Part shown: positions 18,057 through 28,430 of the stretch, piece by piece
Position numbering within the stretch: the stretch's first letter is position 1
How the letters are laid out: every line of letters begins with the position of its first letter
Assembly (NCBI GenBank): GCA_019057815.1
Contig: JAHLWR010000015.1
Location: forward strand, 25,248 to 89,247
Length of the DNA: 64,000 nt
Direction of reading: 5' to 3'
Source: Candidatus Heimdallarchaeota archaeon
GTDB lineage: Archaea > Asgardarchaeota > Heimdallarchaeia > Heimdallarchaeales > Heimdallarchaeaceae
The notes under the pieces: generated by a model
Database searches by the model: none
What the model saw: the letters and a program-made list of their open reading frames with translations, nothing else
What the model was told of the DNA's origin: nothing
Program-made: the position numbers and the translations under genes

Positions 18057-19898
18057 TCAATCATTTTCTGCATCAATCTGCATAATTTCTAAAATGAAAT
18101 CGTCATTTTCAGTCAATTCCCTCTTCTTATGCTTATATCCTTTGTAAATACGCATTGTGATTCCTAGAACTAACCAACAATCAAACAGAACAACAATACC
18201 TATGAAAATGGTTTTTGGTGTTTTGAACAATGGGACATTGAAACTATCAGTTGTATTGCCATCATCCACCTGTTCATCTAGCACAGAAACAGTATATTTA
18301 ACATCTTGGAGGTTGCAGACATATCCTGAGCCAATAACTTGTATAATAAACTCTATTTCATTAAAACTGTTAATTAACTCTATATCTCTTTCTATGACAA
18401 TAAGACCATAATCTTTGATTAATTCTGTGTAAAGTGTATAACCATTAATTTTGAGTGTGACACTGAAACTGTCGTATTCTATCTCTGATTGTTTTTCTAA
18501 GAACAATGAGAAATTAGATTTGAATCCTTTTATAGAGTCAGTATGGTAGATCACATCGTAGTATTTTTTGATTAAATTTCCTTGATTGAGTAAACTAATT
18601 TGATCTTCTTCAATTAGTAACCTCTCTGCAAATTGCCCATCAAAGTTCTCCACTTCATTGATAGTAATAGCTGTAGAGTTATATATGAAAATCGTCCCTT
18701 CTCCCAAAGTAACAGCATAAAATCTAATCTTCAAATCTTTTAGGTAATTAGTCGTGTACAAATCGAATGTAAGTGTCACTTTATCTTGAAGTTGATTATT
18801 GGGAGTTATTTCGCCTTCCTCTAAGAGCACTATCCCTTGAAATAACTGATAACTTATTCCTGGAAAAACAACTGTTCCTTCACAGCTGTAATCAATTTCT
18901 ATTTTTAATATCTGCGTATCTTTAATACTAGAAGGTTTAAGCGGAGATAAGTCTACAAATTCGTCTATACCAGCTAACCAAGAGACTACTTTGAGGTATG
19001 AGTCATCTTCAACAATCTCTTCAACTAATTGTCCTTTCAACTCGATATTAGAAATATAAACTGTATTGATTGATATACCTATGGCAAATCTGAGTTCTAA
19101 GACGTTCTTCCCTTGATAGAGCGGTAATTCAAAATACTCATTGAAACTCTCTCCAGAATCAAATGACAATGTTTCATAAGAATTCGAATTAACACTTATA
19201 TCAACAGAACTAACAAAAGCGACAAATTCACTAGTTTCGAAAGATAAACTAACATTTTGAGAATAAGAATCATTATTTGCACAAAATGAAATCGTCTTTA
19301 TAGTGTAATATGTGAAACCACTCAATTTGCTATCAATTATAATTTCTTCTGTAGCAAGATCATAATTCTTTTCTACCATTCCTAATGAGATTATAGATAG
19401 ATTCCTTACAGCTGATTCAGCAAGTATTCTGATCTGACCACTTTCACCATATGAAGCTTTCCCTGAAATAGAGATAGTTAAATTAAACTCACCATTATAA
19501 TAATCTGGATATTCAAACGCTTTGCTTACATTTTGTACATTTCCATCTTGATAAGCTCGCGAAATGTCGAATTTTACTTCAGAACTGTTGAAATCAAAAA
19601 CTATGGTTAAACCACTCGAATCTGTTTGATCCCCTTCTACAACAAATTTAAGGTCTAAAGCATTGAACTCACTTAAAATTAGGCTATCTAGAGTAAAATT
19701 GAAAGTCTGGTTACCTTCGTTTTCATCATAAAAATAAACAAATTCTTGATCAAAACTATTAAGATAAGAACTGTTGGGAATAGAAGAGGTAAAAGAAAGA
19801 GACTGGTTACATCCTTGAGGTGAAATGGTAATTAGCGCTATGAATCCGATGCATAAAATTACATAACGTAAATTAGTGGATGTAACCATGTCTTTCAA
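18057..19898 (-). CDS. Secreted beta-rich surface protein with C-terminal TM and cytoplasmic tail
   Basis: Signal-like N-terminus, acidic beta-rich body with many N-x-S/T sequons, TM IFIGIVVLFDCWLVLGITM then a basic stretch. Confidence 0.75.
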   Translation of the reverse strand: MKDMVTSTNLRYVILCIGFIALITISPQGCNQSLSFTSSIPNSSYLNSFDQEFVYFYDENEGNQTFNFTLDSLILSEFNALDLKFVVEGDQTDSSGLTIVFDFNSSEVKFDISRAYQDGNVQNVSKAFEYPDYYNGEFNLTISISGKASYGESGQIRILAESAVRNLSIISLGMVEKNYDLATEEIIIDSKLSGFTYYTIKTISFCANNDSYSQNVSLSFETSEFVAFVSSVDISVNSNSYETLSFDSGESFNEYFELPLYQGKNVLELRFAIGISINTVYISNIELKGQLVEEIVEDDSYLKVVSWLAGIDEFVDLSPLKPSSIKDTQILKIEIDYSCEGTVVFPGISYQLFQGIVLLEEGEITPNNQLQDKVTLTFDLYTTNYLKDLKIRFYAVTLGEGTIFIYNSTAITINEVENFDGQFAERLLIEEDQISLLNQGNLIKKYYDVIYHTDSIKGFKSNFSLFLEKQSEIEYDSFSVTLKINGYTLYTELIKDYGLIVIERDIELINSFNEIEFIIQVIGSGYVCNLQDVKYTVSVLDEQVDDGNTTDSFNVPLFKTPKTIFIGIVVLFDCWLVLGITMRIYKGYKHKKRELTENDDFILEIMQIDAEND

Positions 19899-19985
19899 TA
19901 TTCTAAGTTCGAGATTTGTTTATAAACTTGACAAAGTAAAGTACTGGAATTAACGTTCAATTAGACTAGGTTTAAATATAATGTT

Positions 19986-21200
19986 ATGTCAAAACTTGGT
20001 ATGAAATCTTCAGAAGAAGAGAAAGATTTTACTCCTTCTTCCAAGTTAATCGAAATGGAAAAAGGTAAGGTTTTATCCAATGAGCATGATGAACCCCCAA
20101 TATCTCCCAAATTACAAAGAAAGAAAGATAAATCTTCTAAAAAGAGGAAAAAGGTATACTATTTACTTGAATTTCTTGCTATTCTCTCTGTAATTTCGAT
20201 GAATATAATTGGTAGTACTTATGAATATGATTACGATAGTATTATCGCTTTTCTACCCTTAGCTGTTGTGTCTATAAGCTTACTTCTGCTTACTACATAT
20301 CTCTATATTTTCTCTTTAAAACCAGAAGAACGATTTGTTGCATATATTATTCGATTTATATTGATTGTTGCTTTGGCATCTTTTGTAATTGGAATGGCTA
20401 TTGGTGTAGGATTTTCTTACCCTTCGTATTTTATTTTTCTGATGCTACACATTTCTTTATTCTATCCTTTGATCTCCCAATTCATACTCCAGACATTCCT
20501 CGTAGCTTCTGATAAACCAACTAAAGAGCTTCTTTTTAAGAAAGCAGTCGAGGGCAGTCCGTCTGAATTAGAATGGCGCCAATATGATACTTTTTCAGGA
20601 TATATTTCGATTATTACAGGTATTTTCATGTTACAAGCATTTTGGTTAATCTACCACTTTATAATTCGCTCATTAGTAATCCTCAATGCAAAGAGACGTA
20701 TGATTATCGAACACTTAGACTTTGAAGAGGAAACGAACCTTTCTACTATTTCGTTGGAACTTGGAATCTCTTTGGAAGAAGTTATATTCACTTTAAAACA
20801 ATTACAGTTGAGAAGAAAAATAAAAATCAATTTCACTCGATATGGTGCTATACTTAAAGAAATACGCACTGCTAGACTTTTTACTCCTGCAATTGATGAG
20901 AAATTCGAAGAATTTTTGAAAAAGCAAAAGATGACAGAAATTGAAAGAAGAGCCAGTGGATTCATAGAATTCACCGAGAGAGAGAAGGTACAAGATAAAG
21001 ATATGCGAAAATTGCTTGGAATCAAAGACAAGTTATCAACAAGTGATTTTATTCTAATGCTACCTCCAAAAGTTGCTACAGTAAGGTCTCCAGTTTTCAA
21101 AAAGGGTAATTGGATATTCTTTAACAGAGAAGAGATCTTGAAAAAACGTGAAAAGATCATCAAAGTACTAATCGACAACCACGATAAGATTTTCAACTAA
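19986..21200 (+). CDS. Multi-TM membrane protein with cytoplasmic winged-helix (PCI-like) domain, copy 1 (probable start 20001)
   Basis: About 5 TM segments then NLSTISLELGISLEEVIFTLKQL; paralog of the next gene. Confidence 0.7.
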   Translation: MSKLGMKSSEEEKDFTPSSKLIEMEKGKVLSNEHDEPPISPKLQRKKDKSSKKRKKVYYLLEFLAILSVISMNIIGSTYEYDYDSIIAFLPLAVVSISLLLLTTYLYIFSLKPEERFVAYIIRFILIVALASFVIGMAIGVGFSYPSYFIFLMLHISLFYPLISQFILQTFLVASDKPTKELLFKKAVEGSPSELEWRQYDTFSGYISIITGIFMLQAFWLIYHFIIRSLVILNAKRRMIIEHLDFEEETNLSTISLELGISLEEVIFTLKQLQLRRKIKINFTRYGAILKEIRTARLFTPAIDEKFEEFLKKQKMTEIERRASGFIEFTEREKVQDKDMRKLLGIKDKLSTSDFILMLPPKVATVRSPVFKKGNWIFFNREEILKKREKIIKVLIDNHDKIFN

Positions 21201-21381
21201 TCATTATTTAACTCTTTTTTTCTTTTTATAATATGTCACTTTTTTACTTTTTTACTCATTTTAAACCCATGTCTTTCAATATTCTAAGTCCAAGATTTGT
21301 TCATAAACTTGATAAAGTATAATACTGGAATAACCTTTCAATTAGACTAGGTTTAAATACAATGCTAGGTCAAAACTAGGT

Positions 21382-22587
21382 ATGAAATCTTCAGAAGAAG
21401 AGAAAGATTTTACTCCTTCTTCAAAGTTAGTCGAAATGGAAAAAGGCAAGGTTTTATCTGGTGAGCATAATGAAACCCCAATATCTCCCAAAGTACTAAG
21501 AAAGAAAGATTATTCTTCTAAAAAGAGGATAAGAATATATTATTTTCTTGAAATCCTTTCAATTTTGTCTGTAATTGGTTTGAATATTTTAGGCGTTGCT
21601 ACATACTACGACTACCATTATTGGATATTTTTGGTGCCTTTCTCTGTGGTGACTCTATGTTTGTTTCTGTTTTCAACTTTCGTTTACATCTTTTCTTTAA
21701 AACCAGAAGAAAGATTTCGTGCATATGCTGTACGATTTTTGACGATATTTGCTTTTACTACTTTTGTAATTGGAGCGGGTATTACTATAGAAGGGTGGTA
21801 TGATTGGCAAGCTCTTGACATGTTTCTTTTTTCAAATATTTTTCTATTTTATCCTTTACTCTCCCAATACATACTCCAGACCTACCTCGTGAATTCTGAT
21901 AAACCAACTAAAGAGCTTCTTTTCAAGAAAGCAGTCGAGGGTAGTCCATCTGAATTAGAATGGCGAAAATATGATAATCTTTCAGGTTATATTGCAATTG
22001 TTTCAGGTATTTTCCTCTTACAAATATTCTGGTTATTTTACCACTTTATAATTCGCTCAAAAAAAATCCGCAAAACAAAGATACGTATGATTATCGAACA
22101 CTTAGATTTTGATGAAGAAACAAACCTTTCTACTATTTCTTTGGAACTTGGAATACCTTTAGAAGAAGTGATATTCACTTTGAAGCAATTACAGTTGAGA
22201 AGACAAATAGATGTCGATTTCACTCGATATGGTGCTATACTTAAAGAGATACGCACTTATAGACTTTTTACTCCTGCAATTGATGAGAAATTCGAAAAAT
22301 TTTTGAAAAAGCAAAAAATGACAAAAATTGAAAGAAGAGCCAGTGACTTCATAGAATTTACCGAGAGAGAGAAGGTACAAGATAAAGATATGCGAAAATT
22401 GCTAGGAATCAAAGACAAGTTATCAACAAGTGATTTTATTCTAATGCTACCTCCAAAAGTTGCTACAGTAAGGTCTCCAGTTTTCAAAAAGGGTAATTGG
22501 ATATTCTTTAACAGAGAAGAGATCTTGAAAAAGCGTGAAAAAATCCTCAAAGTACTAATCGACAATCACGATAAGATTTTCAACTAA
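21382..22587 (+). CDS. Multi-TM membrane protein with winged-helix domain, copy 2
   Basis: Near-identical C-terminus to copy 1, diverged TM region. Confidence 0.7.
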   Translation: MKSSEEEKDFTPSSKLVEMEKGKVLSGEHNETPISPKVLRKKDYSSKKRIRIYYFLEILSILSVIGLNILGVATYYDYHYWIFLVPFSVVTLCLFLFSTFVYIFSLKPEERFRAYAVRFLTIFAFTTFVIGAGITIEGWYDWQALDMFLFSNIFLFYPLLSQYILQTYLVNSDKPTKELLFKKAVEGSPSELEWRKYDNLSGYIAIVSGIFLLQIFWLFYHFIIRSKKIRKTKIRMIIEHLDFDEETNLSTISLELGIPLEEVIFTLKQLQLRRQIDVDFTRYGAILKEIRTYRLFTPAIDEKFEKFLKKQKMTKIERRASDFIEFTEREKVQDKDMRKLLGIKDKLSTSDFILMLPPKVATVRSPVFKKGNWIFFNREEILKKREKILKVLIDNHDKIFN

Positions 22588-22642
22588 CTCTTTCTTTTTC
22601 CTTTTCTATAAGGTTAATATAGGGGAAGAAATTCAATGATTT

Positions 22643-25111
22643 ATGCAATCTAAAACTAAGTGTTTATTTTTCCTTTTTATTTTGATGTTAGCATTTGCTT
22701 TGAACAATCAGACTGTTTCTTATGCTAAAACCGATGTTATTATCTTTTCTGAATCTTTAAATGCTGAAGAAAGCGCTTTTGACCATAAATATGGTCCACC
22801 TGGTTACTATGGATTAGCAATAGATGAAGAAGAAAATTTGATTTTTTCTAATGCCCCTGAAGGTGTAGCTTTTATTCAAAGAGACAATCTATCGGATCAA
22901 GTAGTCTACAGAGATGAAATTGGCTTACAAGATGTTTCTGTAATGAATTTAGAAGTTGATAAAGACCTCAAATTGCTTTATGTTGGTTCCATTCAAGGTG
23001 TTGACGTTATTAATTATACTCTCTTTCCTATTCAAGCTACACCTATTCTACAGGAAGTAGCAACAAATTTTATTTTAGGTGATTTCATAGATATCGATCC
23101 TAACACTCATTTTGTCTGGATAACTACACAGTCTCATGGTTTGTTTATTTATGACCCAATAAATCAAAGAGAAGTAGATACAACAGGCTACGATTTACCT
23201 GATCCCAGTGTGAAAATGCATACAATTGAAGTGAATCCAACAATAAACAGAGCTTTTATCGGGACTGATCAAGGTATTTACGTAATTGACACTTTAACTA
23301 ACTCTTCACACCAATGGCTAACTACCAATGATGGTCTACCTTTCAATATCACTAAAGTGATTAAAGCTTACCCTGAAATAGAAAAAGTATTTATCACAAC
23401 TAATGAAATTGTTACTACTATAAGCGGAGGATTAACAGTTCTTTTTTTGAACAATGATTCTCTCAAAACATTTACCTACATTTCTGATCCTTATAATCCA
23501 AGAACAATTTATGACATTGTTTGTGACACTCAAAGAAATCTGGGTTACTTTGTTTCAGGACCAGGTTTCGAAGCTGAGAGTGGTCTTATGGTTTTTAACT
23601 TAACTGATATGACTGGAGTGATTAAGTCAATGTGGGGAAGTTTTGGTGATTTTGGTGTTACACGTGTTTGGGGTTCTCCTTATTTGATTGAAGCTATGAT
23701 CGCAGGGATAGAATTAGATGAAATCACTCATGAGGTCATTTTAGGTTCAATACAACTGATTCAAAAAGCCTATCTCGAGTTACCTGCAACTGTTACAACA
23801 GAGAATGAATGGGTAGACTGGGAGCATAGTTTATCACATAATATTGCTTCTGATGTTAATTATGATCCTGTTGATGATATGATGTATATTTCAACACTCT
23901 TAGGTCTAGATAGAATAGATCCTACAAATAACGAAAATGTTGAACACCTTGTACCCGTTCCAGGAGCGGGTGGTTCAACAGCTGCTGAAATATTGTCTTC
24001 TGCTAGAATGATCTATCATCATCATTATGAATATGATATAATCGCGGATTCCTACATAGACATGGAAACGATGATTCCAGCTTTAGATGAGTATGATTAC
24101 ATCAAAGATATTTCATCATCACCTAATGAAACACTGATTTATTATTCTATAGGCGCTGAGAATGGTGGTCTAGGAAGCAATGGTTCAATTGTAATTTACA
24201 ACAGAGCTAACTATCAGTATTATGTCGAAGATTTCGGTTTTGACAAGACTCAACTGATAGTTAATTGTATTCTACAAGACCCCAATCGGGAAATGCTATA
24301 TGTTGGAACAAATACTGGACTAATTTTGTATAATTTGACCTCAATGTCTATCTATTCCATTCACGGTGAAACAGAAAATTGGGAGATAACAACACTAGAA
24401 TGGATTAACGAGCAACTCTGGTTTGGTCTAGAAACTGAGCCACATCTATACACTTATGTCAGAATCTATGATCCTATTTTAGAAACAATAACTGATTTTG
24501 AACACTCATCAATGATGTATCCTGTTGTTAATGATATCTTATTCAATCAAGCAACTAACGAACTGTTCTTTACAACTAATTATGGTTTCCATGCTTACAA
24601 TATATCCAACGAAGAACTCAAATTCTTTGGTGAAGAAGATGGTCTTTCTACTTATATTCTCGCAAGAATGGATTATTCTACTATATCCAATGAAATTTAC
24701 ATAGGTTCAACTTTAGGTGGAGTTAACATATTCGACCCATTATACGATGATATCCCACCTCAACTCTTTATTAGCGGAATTTCTACAAATGATATTGTTA
24801 CAGGTCAAATATCTATACAGATAACATCTCAAGACTATAGTGGAATCAATTGGGTAAGTGCAACACTTAACAGCAGCGATAATTGGAATTCAAATATTCG
24901 TTATCTGAACTTCGATTTCAATTCAAGTGAATATTCAGATGGTTATTATGAATTCACGATAGTAGCCACAGATTTCAATGGATTGACTACTGATATTGTA
25001 ATATCTTTTACAATCTCCAATGTCATAATAAATGAGTTCTCAAAAATGCTCTTAGTTGTTGTTTTATCGACAGTTTCTATTATTATATTGTTTAGAAAAA
25101 GAAGAAACTAA
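22643..25111 (+). CDS. Secreted beta-propeller protein with Ig-like domain and C-terminal membrane anchor
   Basis: Signal peptide, repeated YVGT/FIGT..GL blades, DGYYEFTIVATD, INEF-hydrophobic-RKRR tail. Confidence 0.8.
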   Translation: MQSKTKCLFFLFILMLAFALNNQTVSYAKTDVIIFSESLNAEESAFDHKYGPPGYYGLAIDEEENLIFSNAPEGVAFIQRDNLSDQVVYRDEIGLQDVSVMNLEVDKDLKLLYVGSIQGVDVINYTLFPIQATPILQEVATNFILGDFIDIDPNTHFVWITTQSHGLFIYDPINQREVDTTGYDLPDPSVKMHTIEVNPTINRAFIGTDQGIYVIDTLTNSSHQWLTTNDGLPFNITKVIKAYPEIEKVFITTNEIVTTISGGLTVLFLNNDSLKTFTYISDPYNPRTIYDIVCDTQRNLGYFVSGPGFEAESGLMVFNLTDMTGVIKSMWGSFGDFGVTRVWGSPYLIEAMIAGIELDEITHEVILGSIQLIQKAYLELPATVTTENEWVDWEHSLSHNIASDVNYDPVDDMMYISTLLGLDRIDPTNNENVEHLVPVPGAGGSTAAEILSSARMIYHHHYEYDIIADSYIDMETMIPALDEYDYIKDISSSPNETLIYYSIGAENGGLGSNGSIVIYNRANYQYYVEDFGFDKTQLIVNCILQDPNREMLYVGTNTGLILYNLTSMSIYSIHGETENWEITTLEWINEQLWFGLETEPHLYTYVRIYDPILETITDFEHSSMMYPVVNDILFNQATNELFFTTNYGFHAYNISNEELKFFGEEDGLSTYILARMDYSTISNEIYIGSTLGGVNIFDPLYDDIPPQLFISGISTNDIVTGQISIQITSQDYSGINWVSATLNSSDNWNSNIRYLNFDFNSSEYSDGYYEFTIVATDFNGLTTDIVISFTISNVIINEFSKMLLVVVLSTVSIIILFRKRRN

Positions 25112-25209
25112 TTCTTCCTTTACCTTTTTTATTCTATTTTATGATGAAGCTATTTTTCACCTTCAAGTCAAACAAGGAGAAAAGAAAAGATGGTAGTTTT
25201 TTTTAGAGA

Positions 25210-26058
25210 TTAACTCTGATATTTCATTGCAGCTGATACACCTGATGCTGCAGTAGCCAATAGTTGAAATATTTTATAAGCTTCAGTCATTGTTTCTGCA
25301 GTATATTCAATTGTCATCCCATCCACCCTTTTTACAAAGGGTAATAAATCAGCTACATACGCAAAAGCTGTTCCTCTGAAGGTAAGTTCAACTTTCACTG
25401 GATTTTCAGTTACTAGTGTTTTAACTTTTCCTTCCTTAAAATTAGTCACTGCTCTGAAAACCGATTCTTTCAAGCTTTTCACTATTTTTTTCATGCTTGG
25501 ACTCCTAGCAGCAAAACGGCTGTAAGATTGTTTTAAAGGTACAACCTCAGCCCAAGGAATATGTTTTTTGACATCATCTTCTAATAATTGATTATCTCCC
25601 GCGACCAGTATCACGGGAACATTATATTCTCCGGCTGTAAAAGCGTTGAGTAAACACTCACTTAACTCTATGTCATTGATTACAAGTTTATGAATACTAG
25701 TTCCACTGTAAGTGTGATCAAAAGTAGACTTAGCAGTACCATGTTTAGCATGATAACCTAAGAAGAGCGCAACATCACAGCCTTCTACTCCCTCAACCAT
25801 CGAAATGGGACGAAAACCTCCTCTAATGATTTCAACATATTCAGGTAAATCATCGATAAGCAAATTTACACAAGGACCATGACTATCAGCAATGATTATT
25901 TGCTCAAAACCGTTATGATATAATTCTTCTGCAACAACGAGAGTAATTTTTGTAGCAATTTCTCTAGCTTCCTGATACAAAGAACCTTTCAAGTCTAATT
26001 GTCCTAGAATAACAACAAATGGTAATCCTTCCAAATCAACTGAAATAAACGCTTTCAT
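25210..26058 (-). CDS. dppA: D-aminopeptidase, peptidase M55 family
   Basis: FISVDLEG, IADSHG, FLGYHAK, FDHTYS, VILVAGD. Confidence 0.92.
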   Translation of the reverse strand: MKAFISVDLEGLPFVVILGQLDLKGSLYQEAREIATKITLVVAEELYHNGFEQIIIADSHGPCVNLLIDDLPEYVEIIRGGFRPISMVEGVEGCDVALFLGYHAKHGTAKSTFDHTYSGTSIHKLVINDIELSECLLNAFTAGEYNVPVILVAGDNQLLEDDVKKHIPWAEVVPLKQSYSRFAARSPSMKKIVKSLKESVFRAVTNFKEGKVKTLVTENPVKVELTFRGTAFAYVADLLPFVKRVDGMTIEYTAETMTEAYKIFQLLATAASGVSAAMKYQS

Positions 26059-26253
26059 TTTTTTTCGCTCATTTATGAATTGTAAGAGTGATATTAAAAG
26101 ATTTTTAGTAATAAATGTGTTATTTATCTTTTACTGGGATTTCATTCTAATAATCTCTTATTTCTTGGATTCTTACCCCCTTCTTTTGCTTTCCTTTCTT
26201 CTTCTTCAAGAAACTTCAAAATCCTCCTAAAACTTTTTATTTTTTGAATTAGA

Positions 26254-27792
26254 GTGATAACTATGAAAAAATCTCTCTCTTTTCTTCCTGTATTAATTAT
26301 ATTGATGTGTCCTTTTATTGCCCCTGTAATTCATCAAGCTGATGCTAGTCCCCAATTTGTTGACTATATCTTCTGTAATGGAAATATTATCACCATTGAT
26401 GAAACTAATCCTTTGGTTCAAGCTATTGCCATTAATGATGACCTTATTGTAGGTTTAGGAAGTACTGAAGAAATTCTAGAAAACTTTGCAACAGAAAATG
26501 AAACTACTTATGATTTAGATGGTCGAACAATCATGCCAGGAATAATAGATGGTCATACACACTATATGGCATCATTATTTTGGATTGGAGAAACTGAAAC
26601 AATCTATGAATCTCAAATTATAGCTTTAGCTAATGGCTATACAACCTTAAACGAAAAAAGTATAGACATGGGTGAATTTCAATGGTTAAAAGAAGCTGAA
26701 CAAAATAATACGCTTCGTCTTCGAGTAAACGCTTTTCTTATTTATAATTATGCTTGGCTTGAAAATAATGAAACTGTATTAGTTGGACACTGGAATCCAG
26801 ATCTAGAACCTCTACTAGATCATGACCGAAAATTACGCGTTCCTGGTATTAAAATCTATTTAGATGGTGCATATGGAAATAGAGGTTTTCCAGCAATGAG
26901 TGATCCCTATACTCAAGAAATGATGGATTTATGGGGAATTATCAATCCTTATGGAGATCTTTATTTTAATCAATCAGAATTAAATTCAATAGTTGATTCT
27001 ATTCATGATAGAGGTTTTAGTGTAGCTGTTCACGCGATGGGTGATAGAGCAACTGAAACTATCCTAAATGCAATAGAATATGCGTTAAACGGGACAGATA
27101 ATGATAATGCAAGACATCAAATTGAGCATAACAGCTTCATCAGAGAAGATCAAATCGCTAAAGCTTTATCACTTAATACTATTCATTCTGTTAGAGGGTA
27201 CTTCCCAACTTATTGGCAGCAAGAATATGCAGACCTTTACAGTTCTATATGGATGGAAAGGACGGTAAACAGATACTCCCTACCTGGCGAAGGTCTTCAC
27301 TCTTATCTAGAAACTGATTTTGGTTTTCTTCATGGTTATGATGAAGATAATTGGAGTAAATCAGCTAATATTAGACCTTTCCTACATCTTTGGGGTTTGG
27401 TTACTAGAAAAGCTATTGATGTAAATGGTACCATCCATACACCTGATCCTTGGGTAGCTGAGCATGAAATTACAGTTGAAATGGCTCTAAGAATGATGAC
27501 TATTGAAGGAGCTTACGCGGTAAAACAAGAGGACTATATCGGTTCTTTAGAAATTGGTAAGTATGCAGATCTCATTGTCTTAACAGGTGATCCTCTAACT
27601 ATGGAGGTTGATAATCTTAAGGATATCGAAGTTATGCTTACTATGGTAGATGGTAACATTGAATACCAAATAGCTAGTCATACCTTCCCAACACCATTTA
27701 CAAGTCAAACCTCACAAACAGCTTCTGCAATATGGATTACTCTTCTAGCATTATCAAGTTTAATAGTTGTTAGGTCTGAAAGAAGAAAATAA
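26254..27792 (+). CDS. Secreted, membrane-anchored amidohydrolase (YtcJ-like)
   Basis: PGIIDGHTH, KIYLDG, VHAMGDRA, IEH, GSLEIGKYADLIVL; signal peptide and C-terminal TM plus basic tail. Confidence 0.9.
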   Translation: MITMKKSLSFLPVLIILMCPFIAPVIHQADASPQFVDYIFCNGNIITIDETNPLVQAIAINDDLIVGLGSTEEILENFATENETTYDLDGRTIMPGIIDGHTHYMASLFWIGETETIYESQIIALANGYTTLNEKSIDMGEFQWLKEAEQNNTLRLRVNAFLIYNYAWLENNETVLVGHWNPDLEPLLDHDRKLRVPGIKIYLDGAYGNRGFPAMSDPYTQEMMDLWGIINPYGDLYFNQSELNSIVDSIHDRGFSVAVHAMGDRATETILNAIEYALNGTDNDNARHQIEHNSFIREDQIAKALSLNTIHSVRGYFPTYWQQEYADLYSSIWMERTVNRYSLPGEGLHSYLETDFGFLHGYDEDNWSKSANIRPFLHLWGLVTRKAIDVNGTIHTPDPWVAEHEITVEMALRMMTIEGAYAVKQEDYIGSLEIGKYADLIVLTGDPLTMEVDNLKDIEVMLTMVDGNIEYQIASHTFPTPFTSQTSQTASAIWITLLALSSLIVVRSERRK

Positions 27793-27855
27793 TTCTTCTC
27801 TCTTTTTTTCTCTTTTTAGAACAATTCTTATAAGCAATATAACTAAGAACATTAT

Positions 27856-28419
27856 ATGTCTAAAGTGCTAATTCTAAATGGTAGTCCTCGGAAAAAAGGG
27901 AATACTATCTTTCTAATTCAAGAATTATCGCGAATGATAATTCAATGTGGACATGATGTAGAAATTCTAAATCTGAATGATTATGATATAAAACCTTGCC
28001 AAGGTTGTTTGTGGTGTTATAAAGATTTTCCGCTTAGATGTGTTCAGAATGATGTTATGAACGGACTATATCCATTAGTTTTAGACTCTGATGTTATTGT
28101 CTTTGCGTCTCCAATATACTGGTTTAACTATTCTGCACAATTGAAGCTGTTTATTGATAGATTAGTGGCTTTGCATGTTAAAGGAGGGCATTCTCTGAAC
28201 GGTTATAGATTTGCTAGCATTTTTGTATATGGAGATACAAATGCACAGGGATCTGGTGTCCATAACACAATAGAATCGATTGATCATATGATTCGCTATT
28301 TTAGAGGAGAAAATTTAGGAGTTGTTCATGGGACAGGAGGAGAAAGTTTAACAGTTCAAAATGATGCGGAAATTATGAAAGACTTAAGAGAGCTTGCAGA
28401 AAAAATATGCTCAATTTAG
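27856..28419 (+). CDS. Flavodoxin-fold NADPH-dependent FMN reductase / iron-sulfur flavoprotein
   Basis: NGSPRKKGNT, CQGCLWC..C, FASPIYW, LKLFIDR. Confidence 0.9.
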   Translation: MSKVLILNGSPRKKGNTIFLIQELSRMIIQCGHDVEILNLNDYDIKPCQGCLWCYKDFPLRCVQNDVMNGLYPLVLDSDVIVFASPIYWFNYSAQLKLFIDRLVALHVKGGHSLNGYRFASIFVYGDTNAQGSGVHNTIESIDHMIRYFRGENLGVVHGTGGESLTVQNDAEIMKDLRELAEKICSI

Positions 28420-28430
28420 TTTCATTCTTT

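Larger units (their letters stand above)
19886..22587 (+). repeat. Tandem duplication of ~1.32 kb units (19886-21200 and 21267-22587) including the promoter region
   Basis: Both units start CCATGTCTTTCAATATTCTAAGT and end CACGATAAGATTTTCAACTAA. Confidence 0.92.

Noticed and set aside
9050-19898. Conjugative element or provirus
   Set aside because: No integrase, relaxase, capsid, att repeats or composition shift visible; the ATPase motifs are degenerate
19886-22587. Diversity-generating retroelement template/variable repeat pair
   Set aside because: Differences are not adenine-specific, both copies are full genes, and no reverse transcriptase is in the window
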